NCBI GenBank assembly: GCA_963664405.1 | Contig: OY761158.1 | Location: 6,020,556 to 6,084,555, forward strand | Direction of reading: 5' to 3' | Source: Thermoanaerobaculia bacterium | GTDB lineage: Bacteria; Acidobacteriota; Thermoanaerobaculia; Multivoradales; Multivoraceae | Length of the DNA: 64,000 bases | Shown here: piece by piece, positions 37,276 to 48,204 of the stretch | Numbering within the stretch: position 1 is the stretch's first letter | Layout of the letters: each line of letters opens with the position of its first letter | Translations under genes and position numbers: made by a program | The notes under the pieces: model-generated | Database searches by the model: none | Told to the model about the DNA's origin: nothing | What the model saw: only the letters and a program-made list of their open reading frames with translations

Positions 37276-37294
37276 TATCCCCTACGGGGGGATA
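37276..37294. promoter_or_regulatory. CsoR-type operator: GC-tract inverted repeat TATCCCC-TAC-GGGGGGATA, flanked by A/T, directly upstream of the operon's first gene
   Basis: It matches the ATACCC(n)GGGTAT architecture of known CsoR boxes. It lies at -3 to -21 of the ATG and overlaps the Shine-Dalgarno sequence (AGGGGA). Confidence 0.6.
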
Positions 37295-37382
37295 CGGATG
37301 AAGGTTACAGACGGATTGGGAATCCCGCCCCTCCTCTTCTACAATTACGCCTCATGGAGCTCAGCCCCAGCCCGATCACCCC

Positions 37383-37781
37383 ATGAGCCGACCCCTCGAT
37401 GCAGGCGCCGCAGCCGAGGTCGCCCGGCAACATCGTATGGCGGACAGCGTCGGGGTGCCCGTCGCGCGCCGCCACATCTTTCTCTGCGCCGATCAGACCA
37501 AGCCGCAGTGTTGCGAGAAAGAAAGGGGCCTCGAGGCTTGGAGCTATCTCAAAAGGCGTCTCCGTGAGCTCGGCCTCTCCGAGGCCGGTGGCGTACTGCG
37601 AACGAAAGCGAACTGCCTGCGCATCTGCGAAGGCGGGCCGGTCGCTGTCGTCTACCCGGAAGGCACCTGGTATCGGCGATGCGATCCGCCCGTGCTCGAG
37701 CGCATCATCCAGGAGCATCTCCTCGGCGGCCGAGTGGTCGAGGACTACCTGATCGTAGATCGCCCCCTCGACCCCTCTTAG
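37383..37781 (+). CDS. Thioredoxin-like [2Fe-2S] ferredoxin-family protein
   Basis: Cys pattern [15 protein letters not shown]...[22 protein letters not shown] is typical of Trx-like Fd. Confidence 0.6.
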   Translation: MSRPLDAGAAAEVARQHRMADSVGVPVARRHIFLCADQTKPQCCEKERGLEAWSYLKRRLRELGLSEAGGVLRTKANCLRICEGGPVAVVYPEGTWYRRCDPPVLERIIQEHLLGGRVVEDYLIVDRPLDPS

Positions 37782-37806
37782 CTCAGCGCTGAAGTCTGGC
37801 AACACG

Positions 37807-40614
37807 ATGAGCGACGAAGGCGCGGTCCGGGTCGTCAAGGCGACGACGCACAACCTCAAGGCTATCGACTGCCGCGTACCCCACCGCAAGGTTACGGTAG
37901 TGACCGGGCCTTCGGGCGCGGGCAAGTCGTCACTGGCCTTCGACACTATCTACGCGGAGGCACAGCGGCGCTTCATCCAGTCGATGTCGACCTACGCTCG
38001 CCAGTTTCTCGAGCAGATGGAACGCCCACCGGTCGAGGAGATCGAAGGCATCCTGCCCGCGGTAGCCCTCGTTGCAAAAAACTCGGTGAAGAACGCCCGC
38101 TCGACGGTCGGCACCATCAGCGAGGTCTACGATGTGCTTCGGCTTGTCTTTGCCCACCTCGGCAAGGTCGAGTGCTCCCAGGGCCATGGCCCGATGTCTT
38201 CCTCGACCGCAGGGGAGGCGGCCGAGAGTCTGATCTCCACTGCCGACGACGTGCAGCTGACCGTTTTGGCGCCCCTCCCCCGACCCGCAGAGGGCGCCGA
38301 TCGCATGCTCCAGGAGCTCATCCGTCAAGGCTTCTTTCGTATCCTGAGAGACGGGGCGACCGAGCGTTGGGAGGCCGGGGCCGATTGGCCAGAGGCGCTC
38401 GATCCCCTGCCGCTGGTTCTCGGCCGTTTTCGCGCCCACATCCAGGCCCGTTCGCGCCTCACTGCGGCGATCGAGGAGGCCTACCGTCTCACTGGCGGCC
38501 AGGTAGAGATCCAGGGAAGCAGCCTCCTGCACTTCGGGCGACGACTCACCTGCACAACCTGCGGCGAGACCTCGGCGCGGCCCCAACCCGCTCTCTTTTC
38601 ATTCAACTCTCCGCTCGGTGCCTGCCCGGCCTGTCAGGGTTTCGGTCGCATCATCGGCATCGATCGCGCGCGCATTATTCCCGATCCGCGAAAAACTCTG
38701 CGGCAGAAACCGATCGCCCCCTGGAACAGCCCGGCCTATGAGAAGCACTACGGCGGTCTGTGGAAGGCGTGCAAGGAGCACGGCGTGCCGCTGAATCGAC
38801 CCTTCGAGGAGTTGAGCGACGAGGCTCTCGATCTGGTCTGGCGAGGTCGCGGCTTCGTCAATATCGAGCGCTTCTTTGCCTGGCTCGAACGGCGTAACTA
38901 CAAAGTGCATGTCCGCGTGCTCTTGTCTCGCTACCGAGCCTACGAAGAGTGTCGTCGCTGCCAAGGCCGCCGACTACGGCCCGAGTCGCTGAGAGTGCTC
39001 CTCAAGGGCCGAAACGTTTCGGAGCTGGTCCAAAAGAGTGTCGAGGACCTGCGATCCTGGCTCTCCGATCAGAGTTGGGAGGGGTGGGAACGCGAGCTCG
39101 CCGAGCATCTCCTTGGCGAGCTCCAAGGGCGCCTCGAAACTCTCCATCGAGTAGGTCTCGACTATCTCGCCCTCGATCGGCAGGCCCGCACCCTTTCCGG
39201 AGGTGAGACTCAGCGTATCCAGCTAGCCTCGGCGCTCGGTACCGGCCTGACCAACACCCTCTACGTGCTCGACGAGCCCACTATCGGCCTCCACCCCCGA
39301 GACTCGCAGCGCCTGGTCGATCTGCTCAAGAACCTGGCGAGCCAAGGGAACACGGTCCTGGTGGTAGAGCACGACCGTACGATCATCGAAGGAGCCGATC
39401 ACGTCATCGACCTGGGGCCCCGAGCTGGCGAGCACGGGGGGGAGGTGGTGGCCGAGGGCTCTTTCGATGAGGTGATCGAGAGCGAGACCTCTTTGACGGC
39501 GGCTTACTTCCGAAAAGGCTTGCACCAATACTCCGCAGAAAACGGCGAGGCCGGATCCGCGTCAGCGCTCCTAGAGGGCTCTAGACGTGTCGAGGAGCTC
39601 CCGAAGATCGGCATCCGCGGTGCTCGCGAGAACAATCTGCGGAACTTCGACGTGGAATTCCCCTTGGGTTGTCTGGTCGTCGTGACTGGAGTCTCGGGCT
39701 CGGGTAAGTCCACCCTCGTGCAACAGGTTCTCCACGGAACTTTTCAGCGCTCCCAAGGCGTTGTCGATGTGGAGCCGGGGCGCTGCGACGAGTTGGTGGG
39801 AGTCGAGGCCCTTGCCGACATCGTGCTCGTGGATCAGCGACCTCTCGGTCGCTCGAGCCGTTCAAACCCAGTCACCTACATCAAGGCCTACGACGACATT
39901 CGAAAGCTCTTCGCTGCTACTGCCAGGGCGAAGCGCGAAGGGATTACCGCAGCGCATTTCTCGTTCAACCTCGATCGGGGGCGTTGTCCCGAATGTGAGG
40001 GCACCGGCTTGCAGGAAGTCGACATGCAGTTCATGGCTTCGGTGCTAGTGACTTGCGACCGTTGTCAGGGCCGTCGCTTCCGACCGGAGATTCTCAGCAT
40101 CATCTTTGATGGTCGCAATATTGACGAAGTTCTAGAGCTCACGGTCGAGCAAGGGCTCGACTTCTTCGCCGGCCACACCCGGCTGTGTCGAAGGCTTCAG
40201 TCGCTTCAGGATGTCGGTCTCGGCTACCTCCGTCTAGGCCAGCAGACAGCGACTCTCTCCGGCGGAGAGGCCCAGCGCCTGAAGCTCGCAACCTTCTTGC
40301 AGGCGCCGGGCAGGCGGTCGCGCTCAGAACCCCGTCTTTTCATCTTCGACGAGCCTACGACCGGACTCCATATGTGTGACATCGATCTTCTTCATCAGAC
40401 ACTGCGCCGCCTGCTCGAGGCGGGGCACGGAGTGGTGGTCGTCGAGCACAGCCTCGACCTCATCGCGCGTGCCGACTGGATCGTCGACCTTGGTCCCGGC
40501 GGCGGCGAGCACGGCGGCCACCTTCTCTTTTCGGGACCGATGATGGCGTTTCTCGAAACTGCGGACGGCCCGACGGCATCCGAGCTGCGACGTGCCCTCG
40601 ATCCTGCCTCGTGA
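37807..40614 (+). CDS. uvrA: Excinuclease ABC subunit A (UvrA-family double ABC ATPase)
   Basis: Two Walker A motifs (GPSGAGKSS, GVSGSGKST), ABC signatures, zinc-finger Cys pairs, 935 aa. Confidence 0.85.
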   Translation: MSDEGAVRVVKATTHNLKAIDCRVPHRKVTVVTGPSGAGKSSLAFDTIYAEAQRRFIQSMSTYARQFLEQMERPPVEEIEGILPAVALVAKNSVKNARSTVGTISEVYDVLRLVFAHLGKVECSQGHGPMSSSTAGEAAESLISTADDVQLTVLAPLPRPAEGADRMLQELIRQGFFRILRDGATERWEAGADWPEALDPLPLVLGRFRAHIQARSRLTAAIEEAYRLTGGQVEIQGSSLLHFGRRLTCTTCGETSARPQPALFSFNSPLGACPACQGFGRIIGIDRARIIPDPRKTLRQKPIAPWNSPAYEKHYGGLWKACKEHGVPLNRPFEELSDEALDLVWRGRGFVNIERFFAWLERRNYKVHVRVLLSRYRAYEECRRCQGRRLRPESLRVLLKGRNVSELVQKSVEDLRSWLSDQSWEGWERELAEHLLGELQGRLETLHRVGLDYLALDRQARTLSGGETQRIQLASALGTGLTNTLYVLDEPTIGLHPRDSQRLVDLLKNLASQGNTVLVVEHDRTIIEGADHVIDLGPRAGEHGGEVVAEGSFDEVIESETSLTAAYFRKGLHQYSAENGEAGSASALLEGSRRVEELPKIGIRGARENNLRNFDVEFPLGCLVVVTGVSGSGKSTLVQQVLHGTFQRSQGVVDVEPGRCDELVGVEALADIVLVDQRPLGRSSRSNPVTYIKAYDDIRKLFAATARAKREGITAAHFSFNLDRGRCPECEGTGLQEVDMQFMASVLVTCDRCQGRRFRPEILSIIFDGRNIDEVLELTVEQGLDFFAGHTRLCRRLQSLQDVGLGYLRLGQQTATLSGGEAQRLKLATFLQAPGRRSRSEPRLFIFDEPTTGLHMCDIDLLHQTLRRLLEAGHGVVVVEHSLDLIARADWIVDLGPGGGEHGGHLLFSGPMMAFLETADGPTASELRRALDPAS

Positions 40615-40674
40615 TCCTCATGGTAGAATTTACGCCTCTACAGCGTCCCCACCGCCGGGAAACCGTATCCGCAC

Positions 40675-42946
<2,272 letters not shown>

Positions 42947-42952
42947 TCGCAT

Positions 42953-43798
42953 ATGGACGAAACTTCCTCGAGTCTGGTCTTCGGCGGGCACCAGAAGTTC
43001 TTCACCCACGCCTCCGAGGTGCTCGGGTGCGACATGAACTTCGCGGTCTTCCTACCCCCCGCGGCGCAGAACCTCGAGTGCCCGGTGCTCTACTGGCTCA
43101 GTGGCTTGACCTGCACCGAGCAGAATTTCGTTACCAAGGCCGGTGCGCAGAGGTATGCCGCCGAGCAGGGGCTCATCATCGTCGTTCCGGATACCAGCCC
43201 ACGTGGCAGTCAGGTTCCCGACATCGACGACCCCTACCTGGGCTGTGGCGCCAGCTTCTACATCAATGCCACTCAGCCTCCCTGGTCTGACTACTACCTC
43301 ATGCACGAGTACTTGGTGAAGGAGCTCACAGGTCTGGTTGAAGGCAGCTTTCCCGTCGCAAAGGACCGCAAGGGAGCGATGCGGGGAATCAGCGGGCATT
43401 CGATGGGCGGCCATGCCGCGATCATGATTGCGCTGCGCAACCCGGGTCGCTATCGCTCGTTGTCCGCTTTTGCTCCGATTTCATCTCCCTCGAATAGCCC
43501 GTGGGGGGAGGCCGCCTACTTGCACTACCTGGGGGAGGATCGCGAGAGCTGGAAGAGCTGGGACGCTTCGTTTCTGGTCAAGGATGCGACCGAGAAGTTA
43601 CCCATCCTCATCGACCAGGGCGAGGAAGACCCCTTTCTGCTCGACCAACTCAAGCCCACCGTCTTCCAGAAGGCCTGCGCTACCGTAGATCACCCTCTAC
43701 GGCTGCGAATACACGAGGGCTATGACCACAGCTACTTCTTTGTCGCCAGCTTCATCAAAGAGCACATCGAATACCACGCCGCGGCGCTGGCCGGGTAG
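42953..43798 (+). CDS. fghA: S-formylglutathione hydrolase (esterase D)
   Basis: GHSMGGHAA nucleophile elbow and full-length FGH colinearity. Confidence 0.95.
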   Translation: MDETSSSLVFGGHQKFFTHASEVLGCDMNFAVFLPPAAQNLECPVLYWLSGLTCTEQNFVTKAGAQRYAAEQGLIIVVPDTSPRGSQVPDIDDPYLGCGASFYINATQPPWSDYYLMHEYLVKELTGLVEGSFPVAKDRKGAMRGISGHSMGGHAAIMIALRNPGRYRSLSAFAPISSPSNSPWGEAAYLHYLGEDRESWKSWDASFLVKDATEKLPILIDQGEEDPFLLDQLKPTVFQKACATVDHPLRLRIHEGYDHSYFFVASFIKEHIEYHAAALAG

Positions 43799-43850
43799 CT
43801 CTACCCAGAAGCGGACCCTGACCCGAACTCACACCGAGGAGATTGCCTCA

Positions 43851-45311
43851 ATGCTCAGAACCAAGTTCCTACCCGCGGTTTCGATCAGCCTGACAGCGCT
43901 GCTAGCTCTCCTCGCAGCGGTGCCGGTCGCCTCGCTCGAGACCGACAACTGGCCTTCTTTCCGCGGTGGGGATGCCCTTTCCATCGCCGACGATAATCCC
44001 GGGCTTCCGATGACCTGGAGCACGACCGAGAACGTTGCCTGGAAAACTCCGATCGAGGGCCTCGGCTGGTCGTCACCCGTAGTCTGGGGCAACCGAATCT
44101 TCGTCACCACAGTCGCCAGCGAAGGCGAGATCGAAGAGCCACGGATGGGCCTTTACTTTCCCTACGGCTCTCCCGAGTCGGGAGGAGCCCCAGTCAAGGA
44201 GGGTGTTCTGAAGAAGCGCGACCGCGATGTCCATCACTGGCTGGTCTATGCCATCGATTTCGACAGCGGCGATGTGCTTTGGAAGACCGACGTCAACGCC
44301 GAGTCGCCCGGCTTCGATCGCCATCTCAAGAATACCTACGCCTCCGAGACACCGGTGACCGACGGCGAGCGCATCTATGCCTACTTCGGCAACGTGGGTG
44401 TCTTCGCCCTCGACATGAACGGCAAGCCGGTCTGGGAGAGGCGCTTCGAGGCGCGCGCAACGCGGCTCAGCTGGGGTACCGCGGCGTCGCCCGTGCTCCA
44501 CGAGGACAAGCTCTTCATCGTCAATGACAACGACGATCAGTCGTACGTCCTCGCCCTCGATAGCAAGACGGGGAAGGAGCTGTGGAGGGCGAATCGCGAA
44601 GAAGGGACGAACTGGGCGACTCCCTTCGTCTGGAAGAACGAGAAACGAACGGAGCTGATCACCGCCGGCACAGACGAGGTCCGCGCCTACGGCCTCGACG
44701 GCAACCAGCTCTGGCACTTCCGTGGCATGAACTCGATCTCGATTCCGCAGCCCTTCAGCGAGCATGGTCTGCTCTACGTCACCTCCGGATATGTCGGCGA
44801 CAAGGTCAAGCCGGTGTACGCGATCCGTCCTGGCGCCAGCGGTGACCTGACTTTGAAAGAGGGGCAACAGAGCAGCGAGTTCATCGTCTGGTATCAAGAT
44901 GGCGCTGGGCCCTACCACCCGACGCCGTTGGTCTACGGCGACTACTACTTCACGCTCCTCGATCGTGGCTTCTTCACCGTTCACGACGCCAAGACCGGTG
45001 AAGAGCTCTACTTCACCGACGATCAGAAGGAGACCAAGCAGGTTCGCCAGCGCGTTTCCCGCGGCTCCGGAGGCTTCACCGCGTCGCCGTGGGCCTACAA
45101 CGGCAAGATCTTCATGCTCAGTGAGAGCGGTGACACCTATGTGGTCGACACCAAGGATGACTTCAAGGTCGTCGGCACCAATTCGCTGGAGGAGGTCGCG
45201 ATGTCGACTCCGGCGATGGCGAGGGGGAGCTTGTTCATCCGCACCCGATCGCATCTGTGGCGTCTCACCGAAGGTGGCGGCTCCGGCGCAGCCGCGCGTA
45301 CAGGACGCTAG
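43851..45311 (+). CDS. Secreted PQQ-like beta-propeller repeat protein
   Basis: Signal peptide. Repeated xGxxLWxxxxG/SSPVV motifs (NVAWKTPIEGLGWSSPVVWGNRIFVTT). Confidence 0.75.
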   Translation: MLRTKFLPAVSISLTALLALLAAVPVASLETDNWPSFRGGDALSIADDNPGLPMTWSTTENVAWKTPIEGLGWSSPVVWGNRIFVTTVASEGEIEEPRMGLYFPYGSPESGGAPVKEGVLKKRDRDVHHWLVYAIDFDSGDVLWKTDVNAESPGFDRHLKNTYASETPVTDGERIYAYFGNVGVFALDMNGKPVWERRFEARATRLSWGTAASPVLHEDKLFIVNDNDDQSYVLALDSKTGKELWRANREEGTNWATPFVWKNEKRTELITAGTDEVRAYGLDGNQLWHFRGMNSISIPQPFSEHGLLYVTSGYVGDKVKPVYAIRPGASGDLTLKEGQQSSEFIVWYQDGAGPYHPTPLVYGDYYFTLLDRGFFTVHDAKTGEELYFTDDQKETKQVRQRVSRGSGGFTASPWAYNGKIFMLSESGDTYVVDTKDDFKVVGTNSLEEVAMSTPAMARGSLFIRTRSHLWRLTEGGGSGAAARTGR

Positions 45312-45473
45312 TGTCCCGTGCGGGAAGTTCGTTGACCACCGAGAGCGTCGAGGCGCCCGCTGGGCAAGGCGCTCCGACGCAGGCATATCGGGGACTATGT
45401 CGAGGAGGAGCAACGCCGCCCAGAGGGATGCATCGGCGCTCGAATGGCAACGCACTTCCCGCACGGGACACTA
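45309..45473. repeat. MITE-like element: 20-bp perfect terminal inverted repeats TAGTGTCCCGTGCGGGAAGT flanking about 125 bp. Its terminal TAG triplets serve as stop codons of both convergent flanking genes
   Basis: 45309-45328 is the reverse complement of 45454-45473. Each inverted repeat contains the sub-palindrome CCCGTGCGGG. Confidence 0.7.
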
Positions 45474-48092
45474 GGGCGTCGACCCGGCCGGAGCCGACAT
45501 AGAAGGGGACGGCAACCCCACCCAGAATGGGCTCGACCATGCCCGGCCACCGTCGAGCTGTGTAACCCTCACGTAGTAGTAGTCGCTGTCTCCGGGCTCG
45601 CCGAGATCGACCCACTCGAACTCGCGGTCGAAGGGCCCTTCGGGATCGAGGACATGGACGGTGACGAGATCGGTATGAACGTCGACGGTCAACGGATGCT
45701 CGAGCCGGCCGGCCACGAGGTCAGCGAGATCGAGGCGGATCTCGATGGCCGGGATGGTCGCCGGCCGTCGCACGGGTACTTGAGCCGTCCCCCGTTCGAC
45801 GGTCTCCTCCAGGCGAACCACGAAGCGGGTCGAGGGGCTCGCGCCGTGCAGTCGTAGCAGGAAGCTGTCGCGCCGGCCCCGAGTATCTATTTTGAACAGC
45901 ACCCGTTCTGCTCCCGTTCCCTCGAGGCGGACGTAGTCCGAAGGGACGTTGTAGAGGCCGGTGGTCGCGACGTACAGGCCCGAGCCCGCGACCTCCACTA
46001 GGCTCGCACCTTGCACCTCTAGGCTTCCCTTCCATTGACGAAAGCCCCGCGGGTTGTCGCGCTCGCCCGCCTGTACGACAGTCGAGGACTCGAAGCCGAT
46101 TTGAACCCATGCGTCGGAACGCAGCGGAGCTGTCAGATAGTCTCGGCCATACGCGAGCTCCCCATTGCGTACGACATCGATGCGCTCGATCGGCGACGTG
46201 CCGGCAACCCGCACCTTGAGCCGCCGCTCGGCACTCGCCGGTTGGCGGGTACCCATCGCCGATCCGTTGAGCTCGGCCTCGAGCACGATCCGTTCGCCCG
46301 ACGTGGCATAGGAGCTCATCGACCTCAGCCCGTCGAAGATCGCCCCCGGCGTGCGCTCGGGCACCCAGAGTGCCGCCAGACCGTCGGATCCGGGTTTGGC
46401 GCGATGATCGTCCGAAGCGCCGACGAAGCCGACCATCCAGCCGTTGCGAAGGTACTCGTTGCCGAACGACTCGAAGCTTCCATGCGCCGAGTGGATCTCC
46501 ACCGCGCGCTCGAGATCCGGGTCGCTCTGGGTCCAGTCGCCAGATTGATGAGCGTGCGGGATCACGATCACGTCTTCCGGGCGGGAAGTGGCGCGCAGCC
46601 CACGATAGAGGTCAGCAAGCTGGGGCGCATCGTGGGACCACACTCGCTCCTGGTCCGGGTTGCGAAAAAATACGTTGTGGTGTCCGCCGAGGGCGCGCTC
46701 CACCGTCCACTCGTATCCCAAGAACGCAACGAAGCTCCCGGACTCTCTGCTGTCCTGGACCAGGCGTGTGACCGTAGCCCACTCGCCAGCGTCCATGGCC
46801 GCGTCATGCTCCGAATAGCCCAGAAAGTCGAGGCGCGCGTCCTCCTGAGCGAAGCGATAAACCTCCTCGGCAGTCCCTTGCCCCTCCGCGTAGCCTGAGT
46901 GGACGTGAGTCTCACCCCACACCAGCCGGGTGTCCCCATCGCGGACCAGAATCGGGTTCGCAAGAGCACGGTATCGTCGATCCTCCGAGACGATCTCCAA
47001 GCGATGCACGCCGGGCTCCGCGAGGCGCAGGTTCTCGACAACGGTGAGCGCCGGCCCCCCCGCCTCGATCCGCTGCACTCGCTCGCCGCCGCTGAGAACC
47101 TCCCAAGCCGGCAGCGGACCGGTAGCGCGGTTCCCCCAACGATCCTCCGCCCGCACGGTGATCGAGAACGGCTCTCCTGGCGCGACGACGGAGGGCGCGA
47201 ACGAGCCTACACCCGCGAGCTCCGCGCCCAACACTTCGAGACCCGGCCAGCGAGAGCTCAGCAGAAGACCGTCGGCGTCCAGGGCGACGTAGATGGGAAG
47301 CAAGAGCTCGGCGGTCGAGTAGGGCTGGATCTCGAGACCAGGCCCTCCCCCCGAAGTATCACCGTAGGTGACGGTGATGGTTTCGCCATCCTCGAGCGTC
47401 GCACCCTCGATCTCGAAGGCCGGGCTCGCCGGGCCGGCACCGTGGATCGCATTGAGCGCCGCCTCAGTCTTGTTGAAGCGGGCGCTTGGGCTCGAGGAAC
47501 GAACGGTGACGAAATTCTTGCCCGTCGGGTCGTCGATCTGGAGGCGGCCCGGAATCGAGGCCGTTCGCTGCATGCCGAGGGCGACCATGCCACCGGGGCG
47601 CATCGGCACCGAGCCGACGGTGTAGACCTGCTCGATGGTGGCGAAGCTCCCAGCAACCAGGGGCCGGGCGTCCGGGAACGAGAGCGTGCCGACTGCTCGC
47701 GGGTCGTCGTCTCTCAGCGAGAGCTCGGCGATGTAGTCGTCGAGGGTCGAGAGCATGTCCCCGGGCGGCGTCTCCGCCAGCGCGACGATCCGGTGGATCG
47801 ACGCCACCATTCCGGAGAGCAGAACCGGCAGTGGCCCGCCATCCAGCGCATAGGCGTTCGCCCAGTCCCAGAGGACGTCACAGCGCTCGAGGGCATTCTC
47901 GGCGGAGGTCGGCTGGTCGCGAGCCTGCGCCTTCAAGGCGTCTACTCGCGCGCGTAGATCCGGGTCGAGGTAGTCGGTGTCGGCTGGGGATCCGCACCCC
48001 AGAACGGCCACCACCGCCACCATGGCGCCGGCATGGAGAGCTCGCCTCCCAAGACAGGGGCCGGTGAGCGCTTCCTTTAGGTTCAATGTCAT
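45471..48092 (-). CDS. DUF3604/PHP-like metallohydrolase-family lipoprotein (paralog 1)
   Basis: Lipobox VAVLGCGSP. PHP-like His clusters WGETHVHSGYAEGQG, YSEHD, IPHAHQSGDW. Confidence 0.55.
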   Translation of the reverse strand: MTLNLKEALTGPCLGRRALHAGAMVAVVAVLGCGSPADTDYLDPDLRARVDALKAQARDQPTSAENALERCDVLWDWANAYALDGGPLPVLLSGMVASIHRIVALAETPPGDMLSTLDDYIAELSLRDDDPRAVGTLSFPDARPLVAGSFATIEQVYTVGSVPMRPGGMVALGMQRTASIPGRLQIDDPTGKNFVTVRSSSPSARFNKTEAALNAIHGAGPASPAFEIEGATLEDGETITVTYGDTSGGGPGLEIQPYSTAELLLPIYVALDADGLLLSSRWPGLEVLGAELAGVGSFAPSVVAPGEPFSITVRAEDRWGNRATGPLPAWEVLSGGERVQRIEAGGPALTVVENLRLAEPGVHRLEIVSEDRRYRALANPILVRDGDTRLVWGETHVHSGYAEGQGTAEEVYRFAQEDARLDFLGYSEHDAAMDAGEWATVTRLVQDSRESGSFVAFLGYEWTVERALGGHHNVFFRNPDQERVWSHDAPQLADLYRGLRATSRPEDVIVIPHAHQSGDWTQSDPDLERAVEIHSAHGSFESFGNEYLRNGWMVGFVGASDDHRAKPGSDGLAALWVPERTPGAIFDGLRSMSSYATSGERIVLEAELNGSAMGTRQPASAERRLKVRVAGTSPIERIDVVRNGELAYGRDYLTAPLRSDAWVQIGFESSTVVQAGERDNPRGFRQWKGSLEVQGASLVEVAGSGLYVATTGLYNVPSDYVRLEGTGAERVLFKIDTRGRRDSFLLRLHGASPSTRFVVRLEETVERGTAQVPVRRPATIPAIEIRLDLADLVAGRLEHPLTVDVHTDLVTVHVLDPEGPFDREFEWVDLGEPGDSDYYYVRVTQLDGGRAWSSPFWVGLPSPSMSAPAGSTP

Positions 48093-48204
48093 CCAATACC
48101 TTCCCGCTCCTTCCGTCGCCGGCGGCCTAGCGTGACGAACCCCCCGGCACGCCTTCGAGCACGGTGCGAGATTCGATATGACCCACCAGCTCCTCGGGCT
48201 GCCA

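Noticed and set aside
44073-45464. 463-aa minus-strand ORF
   Set aside because: It lies antisense to the PQQ-repeat propeller gene, whose repeat motifs are clearly encoded on the plus strand.
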